A stretch of 38,690 bases of DNA, from positions 1 through 38,690 of the IMG/VR virus record IMGVR_UViG_3300017700_000317, one strand, 5' to 3'. The DNA is from a virus (taxonomy: Duplodnaviria; Caudoviricetes). Below the pieces are notes generated by a model that did not search any database, was not told the origin of the DNA, and worked only from the letters and a program-made list of their open reading frames with translations. The position numbers were made by a program, and so were the translations under genes. This document shows, in pieces, positions 16,701 through 23,703 of the stretch. The stretch's first letter is position 1, and each line of letters opens with the position of its first letter.

Positions 16701-16823
16701 TGGTGTGACTTGTCAGGGATTCGAACCCAAAAGACTTACGCCGATTTCGGCAGCGCTACCTAGTCGACTGCACCGGCTATACCGGGGCCCCTGATCCGCC
16801 GAGGCCAACTACAAGTCACACCA
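16701..16823 (-). ncRNA. tRNA-like structured RNA (non-canonical)
   Basis: 13-bp closing stem TGGTGTGACTTGT/ACAAGTCACACCA ending in CCA; GGG-TTCGAAT-CCC T-arm; internal hairpins; no canonical D or anticodon arm. Confidence 0.6.
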
Positions 16824-16895
16824 CCGGTTACCTCTCCATCACCATGGAGATATCGGGCCATTTTCGTCTGGCTGACGTGTACGGAGAGGGTGGTG

Positions 16896-17168
16896 TTACA
16901 GATCCAGGCTGTTGCGCAGATTGATCAGGCGGTCGGCGATGAGCATCACACGCTCTGCGCGGTTATAGATTTCGTCGGCGAGGATGCTTCTGATAGCTGC
17001 TTTCTGCTCGCCAGAGCACGTCGCGCCTACAGCACACGGCTGAGCCACAGTTACTTGGTGGAGGCGTCCTTCCATGTCTTGCACGACATCGCCGAGGCGC
17101 TCGATTTCACGCAGCAGGTTTTGACGGGCTATTTCTGAATCACAGATGGGGCTTGCTAATGCGTTCAT
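16896..17168 (-). CDS. First gene of the left operon, 90-aa coiled-coil protein
   Basis: GGAG RBS before ATG 17168; two heptad-like helices. Confidence 0.65.
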   Translation of the reverse strand: MNALASPICDSEIARQNLLREIERLGDVVQDMEGRLHQVTVAQPCAVGATCSGEQKAAIRSILADEIYNRAERVMLIADRLINLRNSLDL

Positions 17169-17184
17169 GGTCTTGCTCCGTTCG

Positions 17185-17420
17185 TGGCTTTCGAATGCCT
17201 CCCGGGGTGTGAGAGGCATTTGTAAAGCCAGATGGCCAGCCTGAAACAGCAGGAAGCCATCTGATATCCGGTCGCTCTCTACTGGAGGCAGCGCCGTCGA
17301 ATATTCAATTGTTTCTCTGACCGCGGATCTTCCCGCCAGATAACTGCTTTCGGTGCTTTACGCTGCACACCCGGGTCAGTTGCCAACCCTCTGAACCGTT
17401 GAGGCCGGTTCATCGCTGCC
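17185..17420 (-). promoter_or_regulatory. Structured 5' leader of the leftward transcript
   Basis: Hairpins TGAACCG/CGGTTCA, GGGTTGG/CTGACCC, GGTG..GC/GCACC, CAGATGGC/GCCATCTG and TGGCTTT..AATGCCTC/GAGGCATT..AAAGCCA. Confidence 0.55.
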
Positions 17421-17442
17421 GTGTTCGTGTTGCTTGAGACGA

Positions 17443-17471
17443 ACTATGGATCATCTCGGAAACCCCGTCAA
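17443..17471 (-). promoter_or_regulatory. Leftward sigma70 promoter (PL-like)
   Basis: TTGACG-17 bp-CATAGT. Confidence 0.7.
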
Positions 17472-17480
17472 GACACTTGA
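17468..17480. promoter_or_regulatory. Putative operator palindrome spanning both -35 boxes
   Basis: TCAAG-ACA-CTTGA. Confidence 0.45.
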
Positions 17481-17505
17481 TAAAATAATTTTAAAGGGCT
17501 AATCT
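17477..17505 (+). promoter_or_regulatory. Rightward sigma70 promoter (PR-like)
   Basis: TTGATA-17 bp-TAATCT, upstream of the cro RBS GAGGT. Confidence 0.7.
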
Positions 17506-17531
17506 GCGAATCATCCAAACAGAGGTGCCTT

Positions 17532-17714
17532 ATGAAGACTAAAGATGTGATCGATTATTTCGGTGATGTGCGCCAGACAGCAGACGCCCTGGGCATGACT
17601 ACCGCCGCCGTCTACCTCTGGAAGGAGGACGTTCCTAAAAGCCGCCAAGCTCACGTGGAGCTGGTGACCAAAGGCAAGATCAAGCGCGACAAGCCCGTAT
17701 ATGGAGTGAAGTGA
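17532..17714 (+). CDS. cro: Cro-like HTH repressor (P22/N15 type)
   Basis: MKTKDVIDYFGDVRQTADALGMTTAAVYLWKEDVP...VELVTKGKIK. Confidence 0.85.
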   Translation: MKTKDVIDYFGDVRQTADALGMTTAAVYLWKEDVPKSRQAHVELVTKGKIKRDKPVYGVK

Positions 17715-17715
17715 T

Positions 17716-17904
17716 ATGGATCTGACAATGCTTCCTTCAAAAAAGACCATCGCCAAATTCGAATCGCGGATGCTGGTAATCGCTCAAGGTAACTCCGTGA
17801 TTGAGCTTACGCTTGATCAGGCTGAGGAGCTTGTCCGGTTCGTTGAGGACAACCTTGCGCCGTCGGTTACCACGGGCGACCAGCTGCAAGACCTCGGCAC
17901 ATAG
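17716..17904 (+). CDS. Hypothetical protein, 62 aa, at the cII position but not CII-like
   Basis: GGAG upstream; LVIAQGNSVIELTLDQAEELV; no HTH seen. Confidence 0.6.
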   Translation: MDLTMLPSKKTIAKFESRMLVIAQGNSVIELTLDQAEELVRFVEDNLAPSVTTGDQLQDLGT

Positions 17905-17914
17905 GCGGTCAGCC

Positions 17915-18652
17915 ATGCATTACTTCAAGCGCAATATTGGCGATTACCACAAGAAGGCTGGCAGGCTTTCAATGCTTGAGCACGGTGCGTACACGCTCTT
18001 GATGGATGCGTGCTATGACCGTGAGAAGTTTCCTACCCTGGAACAGGCTTTGGACTGGTGCTGGGCGCGATCTGTTGACGAAATCGCAGCGGTAAAGTTT
18101 GTTTTGGACAAGTTCTTTTGCCTGGATGGCGATCTGTACATGCAGAAAAGAATCGCTGACGAAATTGATGGATATCATCAAAAATCAAAGATAAACAAGC
18201 AGATAGCACTTGATAGGGAGGAAGCAAAGAGAACGGAGCGTGCACGAATGGAGCACGAAACGTGCACGAATGAGCACCTAACCACTAACCAAGAACCACT
18301 AACCAAGAACCAAGAACCAGAAGATCAAAAACCTTGTGATCAGCAAGCTGAATCACCTGCTCGCGAAACGGTTCCATTCGAAAAGATTCGGAAGGTATAC
18401 AACGAGATCTGCGTACCAACCCTTAGCGAAGCCTTGAAGCTGGATGACAAGCGCAAACGGAATATTCGCAAATGCTGGGCAATGGAAATCGAAGGAGATC
18501 GGCCGTTCAAGAGTGGCGACTTCTGGAGGCAGTACTTCACTGATTGCCTTCTTGATCAACACTGGGTCGGGAACAATGACCGCGGATGGAAGGCTGACAT
18601 CGAATTCCTTACCCGTGAAACTTCTGTCCTGAAAGTTTTGGAGAGAGCATGA
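17915..18652 (+). CDS. Replication initiator, YdaU/DUF1376 family
   Basis: MHYFKRNIGDY...LSMLEHGAYTLLMDACY; internal repeats; C-terminal GNNDRGWKADIEFL; upstream of dnaB. Confidence 0.85.
   Translation: MHYFKRNIGDYHKKAGRLSMLEHGAYTLLMDACYDREKFPTLEQALDWCWARSVDEIAAVKFVLDKFFCLDGDLYMQKRIADEIDGYHQKSKINKQIALDREEAKRTERARMEHETCTNEHLTTNQEPLTKNQEPEDQKPCDQQAESPARETVPFEKIRKVYNEICVPTLSEALKLDDKRKRNIRKCWAMEIEGDRPFKSGDFWRQYFTDCLLDQHWVGNNDRGWKADIEFLTRETSVLKVLERA
18239..18321. repeat. Putative replication origin (iterons plus tandem heptamers) inside the initiator gene
   Basis: GCACGAA at 18242, 18253 and 18264 (11-bp period); six tandem AACCANN heptamers at 18280-18321. Confidence 0.7.
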
Positions 18653-20037
18653 GCCAGCGTGATTTGGTTTCAATCGAAGCAGAACACGGCGTGCTGGGAG
18701 CGCTGATGCTCAAGCCTGATCTGTGTGAAGAGGTCGGCGCATTCCTGAGCGCAGCCGACTTCAACGATGACGATAACTCGATGTTGTACAACCTGATCCT
18801 GTCGTGTCATTCGAAAGGGGTTATGCCTGACGCTATCGCTCTGTCTGACGCCTGCGAGCGTATGCCAAGCGGTGAGCTGACAATCATTACTGCCGCTGCG
18901 ATATCGCGGAACATCCCGAGCGCCGCCAACGGAATTCGGTACGGACGTATTGTGTCGGAGCGGGCAATGGCGCGGCGCCTGTACTTCGCCGGTCAAGAGA
19001 TCATGGAGCTGGCGCAGAAGAACGGCGATTTGGCAGCGCAGGTTGCAGCAGCTCAACAAGCCTTGTTCGACCTGAACATATCGCAGGAAGCGCCAGACGT
19101 TGTTCACTACAAGGACATGCTGCTTGGCGTGCTGGATGAGATGGACGATCGATTCAATGGTCGCCTTGAGATTGGCCTTAACTTTGGCCTAAATGACCTT
19201 GATGAAATTGTTCAAGGGCTGCGCCCGGGTAACCTGATCATCGTAGCCGGCAAGCCTGGTACTGGGAAAACTGTACTCGGCACCAACCTAGCCGACAAGA
19301 TTTCCAGTACCGAAGGGAAGTCTTCGCTGATCTTCTCGCTTGAGATGCCAGGAGCTGAACTGGTCAAGCGCGCGCTGGCTGCTGCTGGTGGTGTTCCGAA
19401 GGGATGGATTGACGCCGGTGGTGTACAGACGGATGAGCATTGGGCTGCCCTGACGATGGCGGTTGGCACGCTGCAAAACTCGGATGTACGGATCTGCGAT
19501 AAGGGTGCACTCACGTTCAGCCGCATCTGCAACATCGCAAGATTCCAGCACCGGGCGAAGCCGCTGCACTTGATCGTTGTTGACTACCTGACGCTGATTC
19601 GCTCGGACAAGGAAGACCGGTTCGGAACCCGCAGCCAAGAGGTCGGATCGTTTACCCGCGGCTTCAAAGCTCTGGCCAAGGAGCTGAACATCCCGATCGT
19701 GGTTCTTGCCCAGCTCAACCGGGCTTCCGAATCCCGTTCGGCGGCTGAGTCGAAGCCGCGCATGTCGGACCTGCGCGACTCCGGCGAGATTGAGCAGGAT
19801 GCGGACATCGTGATCCTTGGGCACCGGGCCGATGACGAGAACGGCCGCAAGGGTCTGACGAACTGGGATGTTCCGAAATGCCGTCATGCAAGCCCAGGCT
19901 CGTGCGTGTTGCAGTTCCAAGGTCAGTTCCAGAGGTTCGTATCGGCAACACCGCAATCTCTGGCTGATTACTACGAGAACAAGCAAGACGGCGGCACATC
20001 GTGGAAGAAAAAGAAATACACCCCTGGATTTGATTAA
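18649..20037 (+). CDS. dnaB: Replicative DNA helicase, DnaB family
   Basis: SIEAEHGVLG, GKPGTGKT, FSLEM, IVVDYL, LAQLNR, DLRDSGEIEQDAD. Confidence 0.95.
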   Translation: MSQRDLVSIEAEHGVLGALMLKPDLCEEVGAFLSAADFNDDDNSMLYNLILSCHSKGVMPDAIALSDACERMPSGELTIITAAAISRNIPSAANGIRYGRIVSERAMARRLYFAGQEIMELAQKNGDLAAQVAAAQQALFDLNISQEAPDVVHYKDMLLGVLDEMDDRFNGRLEIGLNFGLNDLDEIVQGLRPGNLIIVAGKPGTGKTVLGTNLADKISSTEGKSSLIFSLEMPGAELVKRALAAAGGVPKGWIDAGGVQTDEHWAALTMAVGTLQNSDVRICDKGALTFSRICNIARFQHRAKPLHLIVVDYLTLIRSDKEDRFGTRSQEVGSFTRGFKALAKELNIPIVVLAQLNRASESRSAAESKPRMSDLRDSGEIEQDADIVILGHRADDENGRKGLTNWDVPKCRHASPGSCVLQFQGQFQRFVSATPQSLADYYENKQDGGTSWKKKKYTPGFD

Positions 20038-20049
20038 TCGGAGAACACC

Positions 20050-20505
20050 ATGACCAACGCAATCGAACAGACCAGGCGCGAGATGTACGAATCATTCATT
20101 GGCGTCAAAGCGTATTCAGGATGCAAGGCTCTGGTAGATCTTTTTGAAACGCGGCTGGAGGCTCACCTTGAGGCGCTGCGCAATGGCCAGTGCGTACTGA
20201 TCGCCGAACGCGACACCCTACGCAACCGCATCCAGGCATTCGAGATGGCAAGCCAGACCTCGGCTGAGGTCATCAAAGGTTTGCGCGAGGAGCTGAAAGG
20301 TTTCAGATACTCATTCAAATGTGTAAGCGGTACATCGGCTCAAGATTCAACAGAAAACGCCGCCAGCGCAAAGACAGACCCCTACACGCTCGGATATTCA
20401 TCAGTCGGCAAGTGTTCGAATCCGTTTCCGATCAATACAGTCGAGCGGCTGCACTGGAATGATGGCGCAAGAGACCGTATGTCGGAACTGGGGCAGCGCT
20501 CATGA
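20050..20505 (+). CDS. Coiled-coil protein with a C-terminal Rmf-like motif
   Basis: GGAG RBS; DPYTLGY...NPFP...WNDG. Confidence 0.7.
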   Translation: MTNAIEQTRREMYESFIGVKAYSGCKALVDLFETRLEAHLEALRNGQCVLIAERDTLRNRIQAFEMASQTSAEVIKGLREELKGFRYSFKCVSGTSAQDSTENAASAKTDPYTLGYSSVGKCSNPFPINTVERLHWNDGARDRMSELGQRS

Positions 20506-20636
20506 AAAAGCGCAACTGGACCGTAAATGTCGAAGGCTACAAGGATTTCCAGATGGTGGTGCTGGATAGCGATATCGACTATGCCGAGGCGCTGAAGTCT
20601 GCCCGGTTAATCTGGTGTAATGCGGAGGTGTCCTGA
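20502..20636 (+). CDS. 44-aa hypothetical protein (MKKRNWTVNVEGYKDFQMV...)
   Basis: ATGA overlap with the upstream stop. Confidence 0.55.
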   Translation: MKKRNWTVNVEGYKDFQMVVLDSDIDYAEALKSARLIWCNAEVS

Positions 20637-20732
20637 ATGAAAACTTCAACCCAAGTCGCAATAGCTTTTGCCCTGATGGGTTTCTCCATCGGAGTGTTTG
20701 GCACTCTGATTACCTTTGCGGTGTCGTCATGA
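20637..20732 (+). CDS. 31-aa single-TM microprotein
   Basis: GGAGG RBS; MKTSTQVAIAFALMGFSIGVFGTLITFAVSS. Confidence 0.5.
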   Translation: MKTSTQVAIAFALMGFSIGVFGTLITFAVSS

Positions 20733-20875
20733 GCCGGTGCCTGATAATAGCGATGTTTGGTCTGGCGCAGCTTGGATCTGTTTATCTCATCGAGTCAGAC
20801 CCAAAGACCATGTTTTTCCAGCTCTGGTACGTCGTTTGGGCGTTGACTCTTCATTACCTTTCGAACCGAGGTTGA
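20729..20875 (+). CDS. 48-aa microprotein with two hydrophobic segments
   Basis: ATGA overlap; MSRCLIIAMFGLAQLGSVYLI...MFFQLWYVVWALTLHYL. Confidence 0.45.
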   Translation: MSRCLIIAMFGLAQLGSVYLIESDPKTMFFQLWYVVWALTLHYLSNRG

Positions 20876-20877
20876 GC

Positions 20878-21051
20878 ATGATTTATTACTTTCTGGTATC
20901 AACGTTCGTTCTTGGCACATTTGTCGGATCCTCGATAGACAGCGAAGAAAAACCAACCAGGCTTCAGTGGTTCTTCCTTGGGCTGTTCGCAATCTTCTGG
21001 CCATTCACGGCCTTCATCTACGCGAAAGACTGGCTGGAGGGGCGGAAATGA
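20878..21051 (+). CDS. 57-aa two-TM membrane protein
   Basis: GAGG RBS; MIYYFLVSTFVLG...FFLGLFAIFWPFTAFIY. Confidence 0.6.
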   Translation: MIYYFLVSTFVLGTFVGSSIDSEEKPTRLQWFFLGLFAIFWPFTAFIYAKDWLEGRK

Positions 21052-21464
21052 CGGAATTCGTCCTGCATAACCAGCAAGACGTAACGCGGCTTATGGGGTT
21101 TCTCCACGGGACTGATTTCAGTAGCCCGAAGAAGATCGCAATCACTGACGCCGACCGTTCGGTTGAGCAGAACGCAAAGCTTCATGCCTGCCTTGCAGAC
21201 ATTGCAAAGCAGGTGGAGCACGCCGGCAAGAAGTGGAATGTAACCATCTGGAAGCGCCTTTGCACTGCCTCATGGCTGCGTGAGATGGGCGAGAACGCAC
21301 AGATGATCCCGGCCCTGGACGGCAACGGCTTCGACGTGATTTACGAAAAGACGTCGAAGCTTGGCGTGAAAAAGTGCGCCTCTCTGATCGAGTGGGTTCT
21401 AGCATTCGGCGCAGAACATCAGGTCCGCTGGACGCAGAAGGATCATTGGGAGGGCCGGTACTAA
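21048..21464 (+). CDS. ninB: NinB/Orf-family recombination protein
   Basis: RSVEQNAKLHACLADIAKQV...WKRL...TSKLGVKKCASLIEWVLAFGAE. Confidence 0.9.
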   Translation: MTEFVLHNQQDVTRLMGFLHGTDFSSPKKIAITDADRSVEQNAKLHACLADIAKQVEHAGKKWNVTIWKRLCTASWLREMGENAQMIPALDGNGFDVIYEKTSKLGVKKCASLIEWVLAFGAEHQVRWTQKDHWEGRY

Positions 21465-22042
21465 TGATCCAGAAACCGCCGCGCCCCAAGAAGTGCAAGA
21501 ACCCAGCATGTGGGCAGAAGTTCACCCCGCAACGGATGGGGCAGGCCGTCTGCGGGTATCAATGCGGTCTAGCCATCAAGGATGTGAATCAAGACAAGGC
21601 CAAGAAGGCAATTGATCAGGTCGAGCGCAGCAAGCACAAAGAGGCCAAGGCGCGCGTTAAGACCAAGGCCCAGCACATGAGCGACGCGCAACATGCTTTC
21701 AACGCCTACATAAGGGCCAGAGACGCAGGGCAGCCATGTATCAGCTGTGGAACGACTGCTGACGTCCAGTATTGCGCCGGCCACTATCGGACAACTGCTG
21801 CCGCCCCGGAGCTGCGCTTTCATCCGTTGAATGTGAATCTACAATGCAACCGCAATTGCAATATGGGAAAGTCAGGCAACCTTCTTGGTTATAGGCCGGG
21901 GCTGATCGAGAAAATTGGATTGGAAGCAGTCGAGTGGCTGGAAGGCTCGCATGAGCCCAAGCGCTACACCATCGAAGACCTGAAAGCCATCACCGCCGAA
22001 TACCGCGCCAAAACCCGTGAACTCAAGAGGAACACCGAATGA
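21464..22042 (+). CDS. ninG: NinG/Rap-family nuclease
   Basis: KKCKNPAC, AQHAFNAYIRARD, PCISCG, AGHYR, NLQCNRNCN. Confidence 0.92.
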   Translation: MIQKPPRPKKCKNPACGQKFTPQRMGQAVCGYQCGLAIKDVNQDKAKKAIDQVERSKHKEAKARVKTKAQHMSDAQHAFNAYIRARDAGQPCISCGTTADVQYCAGHYRTTAAAPELRFHPLNVNLQCNRNCNMGKSGNLLGYRPGLIEKIGLEAVEWLEGSHEPKRYTIEDLKAITAEYRAKTRELKRNTE

Positions 22043-22479
22043 CTACGATCGCCTACAAGGATGGGATCATTGCCTACGACTCTCGCCAAACCAGGGATAA
22101 CCGAATCGTTACCGACAACGCAAACAAATGCCGGGTCGTCAACGGGGTGAGTTTCTTCCTGTCAGGCGTTGTAAGCGATGAAAAGTTTTTGATTGACGCC
22201 TACTTTGGGACGCCTTCTCCGGTTTCACTTGAGTGCTCAGGTTATGTCGTTGATGCCGGGAAGATGATGAGAATTGGCTATGACGACGACACGGGCATCT
22301 GGAAGCAGGACCTTGACCCGTCCAACCCTGACGCCATTGGGAGCGGGACTTCATACGCCATCGCAGCAATGGACATGGGAGCAAGTGCAGAAGACGCTGT
22401 GCGGGCCGCGATGAAGCGAGACATCTTCACTGGTGGCTTAGTCAGAACGATTACAATAATCGACCCAACTACCGCTTGA
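22039..22479 (+). CDS. Proteasome beta-subunit/HslV-like Ntn hydrolase
   Basis: MTTIAY...AYDSRQT; AIGSGTSYAIAAMDMG; AVRAAMKRDIFTGG. Confidence 0.8.
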   Translation: MTTIAYKDGIIAYDSRQTRDNRIVTDNANKCRVVNGVSFFLSGVVSDEKFLIDAYFGTPSPVSLECSGYVVDAGKMMRIGYDDDTGIWKQDLDPSNPDAIGSGTSYAIAAMDMGASAEDAVRAAMKRDIFTGGLVRTITIIDPTTA

Positions 22480-22504
22480 AGCTTCGCCAGCTCAAAGCTA
22501 TGAT
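22476..22504 (+). promoter_or_regulatory. Sigma70 promoter at the pR'-like position
   Basis: TTGAAG-17 bp-TATGAT. Confidence 0.6.
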
Positions 22505-22590
22505 TGAATGACACAACCAACGCAAGCGACGTGGCGAACAGCTGCCACCAGCCCGCATCACGCGGAAACCTAATTCAATAGGAGACCGAT

Positions 22591-22704
22591 ATGCCTACCT
22601 TGCTCATCCTCGCTTCGATCTCCTTTGCAGCCGCAGGGCTTGCAGTACCATCGACCATCTGTTTCTGCGCTGCCGCGTATCTCTGGGAGCGGCGCAGGGC
22701 CTGA
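22591..22704 (+). CDS. 37-aa hydrophobic peptide with a basic C-terminus
   Basis: AGGAG RBS; MPTLLILASISFAAAGLAVPSTICFCAAAYLWERRRA. Confidence 0.55.
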   Translation: MPTLLILASISFAAAGLAVPSTICFCAAAYLWERRRA

Positions 22705-22736
22705 ATCAAAGAGCAACAGTCCTTCCACAAGGCATT

Positions 22737-22771
22737 GCCTCCACACCTTCAGCAAGTGTGGGGGCTTTTTT
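22737..22771 (+). terminator. Intrinsic terminator (tR'-like)
   Basis: GCCTCCACAC-loop-GTGTGGGGGC followed by a T run. Confidence 0.75.
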
Positions 22772-22825
22772 ATATGTGAACGATTACACTAGACATACCC
22801 AAACCGCCATCACGAGGACGAACCA

Positions 22826-22933
22826 ATGGCCACCACGAAGAAGAAGCCTGCAAGCAAGAAGCCAGAAAAGAAAAAGTCGGAGTTCTACCCGAAGATTAAA
22901 TCCACCAAGCGCAACGGCCTCGGTAGCTACTGA
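22826..22933 (+). CDS. 35-aa Lys-rich peptide
   Basis: GAGG RBS; MATTKKKPASKKPEKKKSEFYPKIKSTKRNGLGSY; TGATG coupling to the next gene. Confidence 0.55.
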   Translation: MATTKKKPASKKPEKKKSEFYPKIKSTKRNGLGSY

Positions 22934-23298
22934 TGACCATCGAGCTGGCGCTATGCATCATCCTGGCGATAGGGAGCTATCCGCTTTCAAAGAGCATCTC
23001 AGCGCACTACGTCCTGTTCGCTGGGGTGAATTTCGCCATGCTCGGTTACACAGAGTTCGACTCATCCCTCCTTGCGATCGTGTTCATGTGCCTGGCAGTA
23101 ACAGACGCAGCCCTATTCATCTCTGGCGGTCGAGCTATCCTCTTGCTCAGTGCTGCCGCATCAGTGGCCCTCGGCCTTGAATCCATGCTCAACATGGACT
23201 GGCTCCTGCGCCACGGCACCTACCTGAACGCCATCGTAAACGCAGTGATTGTTGCCAGTTTGATTAAGGGGAAGCGCCAGTGGACGAATGGAAGATAG
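22933..23298 (+). CDS. Multi-pass membrane protein, 121 aa
   Basis: Four to five hydrophobic segments. Confidence 0.7.
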   Translation: MTIELALCIILAIGSYPLSKSISAHYVLFAGVNFAMLGYTEFDSSLLAIVFMCLAVTDAALFISGGRAILLLSAAASVALGLESMLNMDWLLRHGTYLNAIVNAVIVASLIKGKRQWTNGR

Positions 23299-23379
23299 GG
23301 GCATTATTTATACTTATGGCGTTCAGCCTGTTAGTGTTCTCGCATATTCGGCACGGATCAAAGATCAAGAGGTTCACAG

Positions 23380-23697
23380 ATGAGCGATTTACAGCACGTC
23401 CTACAGGAGATACAGGCGCAGAAGTCAGCCACTGCCAGCCTCATGGCGAAGATGTCTGAAGTGTGCGGGGAGATGCGCGTGCTGGTGACCGAGCTTAGGC
23501 ACACCCAGACCAGCTATGAGTCGATGAACATGCGCCTATCGGTCGTTGACCAGCAGATCCGCGCTATTCAGCTTGAGAGCGCAACCAACAAGCCAATCCT
23601 CGACATCGCCAAGGCCATGTATCGCAGTCAGTGGATCACGATCATTGCTGCTGCAGGTGTTGCGATCGCCTCCAACTGGTCAAAACTCGTAGGGTAG
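23380..23697 (+). CDS. Coiled-coil protein with a C-terminal TM
   Basis: GAGG RBS; heptads then WITIIAAAGVAIA. Confidence 0.7.
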   Translation: MSDLQHVLQEIQAQKSATASLMAKMSEVCGEMRVLVTELRHTQTSYESMNMRLSVVDQQIRAIQLESATNKPILDIAKAMYRSQWITIIAAAGVAIASNWSKLVG

Positions 23698-23703
23698 TGA
23701 TTA

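Noticed and set aside
16701-16730. Canonical tRNA gene or tRNA-derived attP core
   Set aside because: No canonical D or anticodon arm, a weak T-stem, and no integrase found; kept only as a tRNA-like RNA
16855-16880. Hammerhead ribozyme (GACGAAA)
   Set aside because: No CUGANGA core in a suitable position
17511-17756. Minus-strand ORF as the missing CI repressor
   Set aside because: Antisense to cro, with no HTH or S24 peptidase features
18280-18321. CRISPR-like array
   Set aside because: 7-bp tandem units without spacers inside a CDS; consistent with an origin; no cas genes
23288-23383. 31-aa ORF MEDRGIIYTYG...
   Set aside because: No clear RBS; may be spurious or a remnant of the upstream gene, so too weak to call
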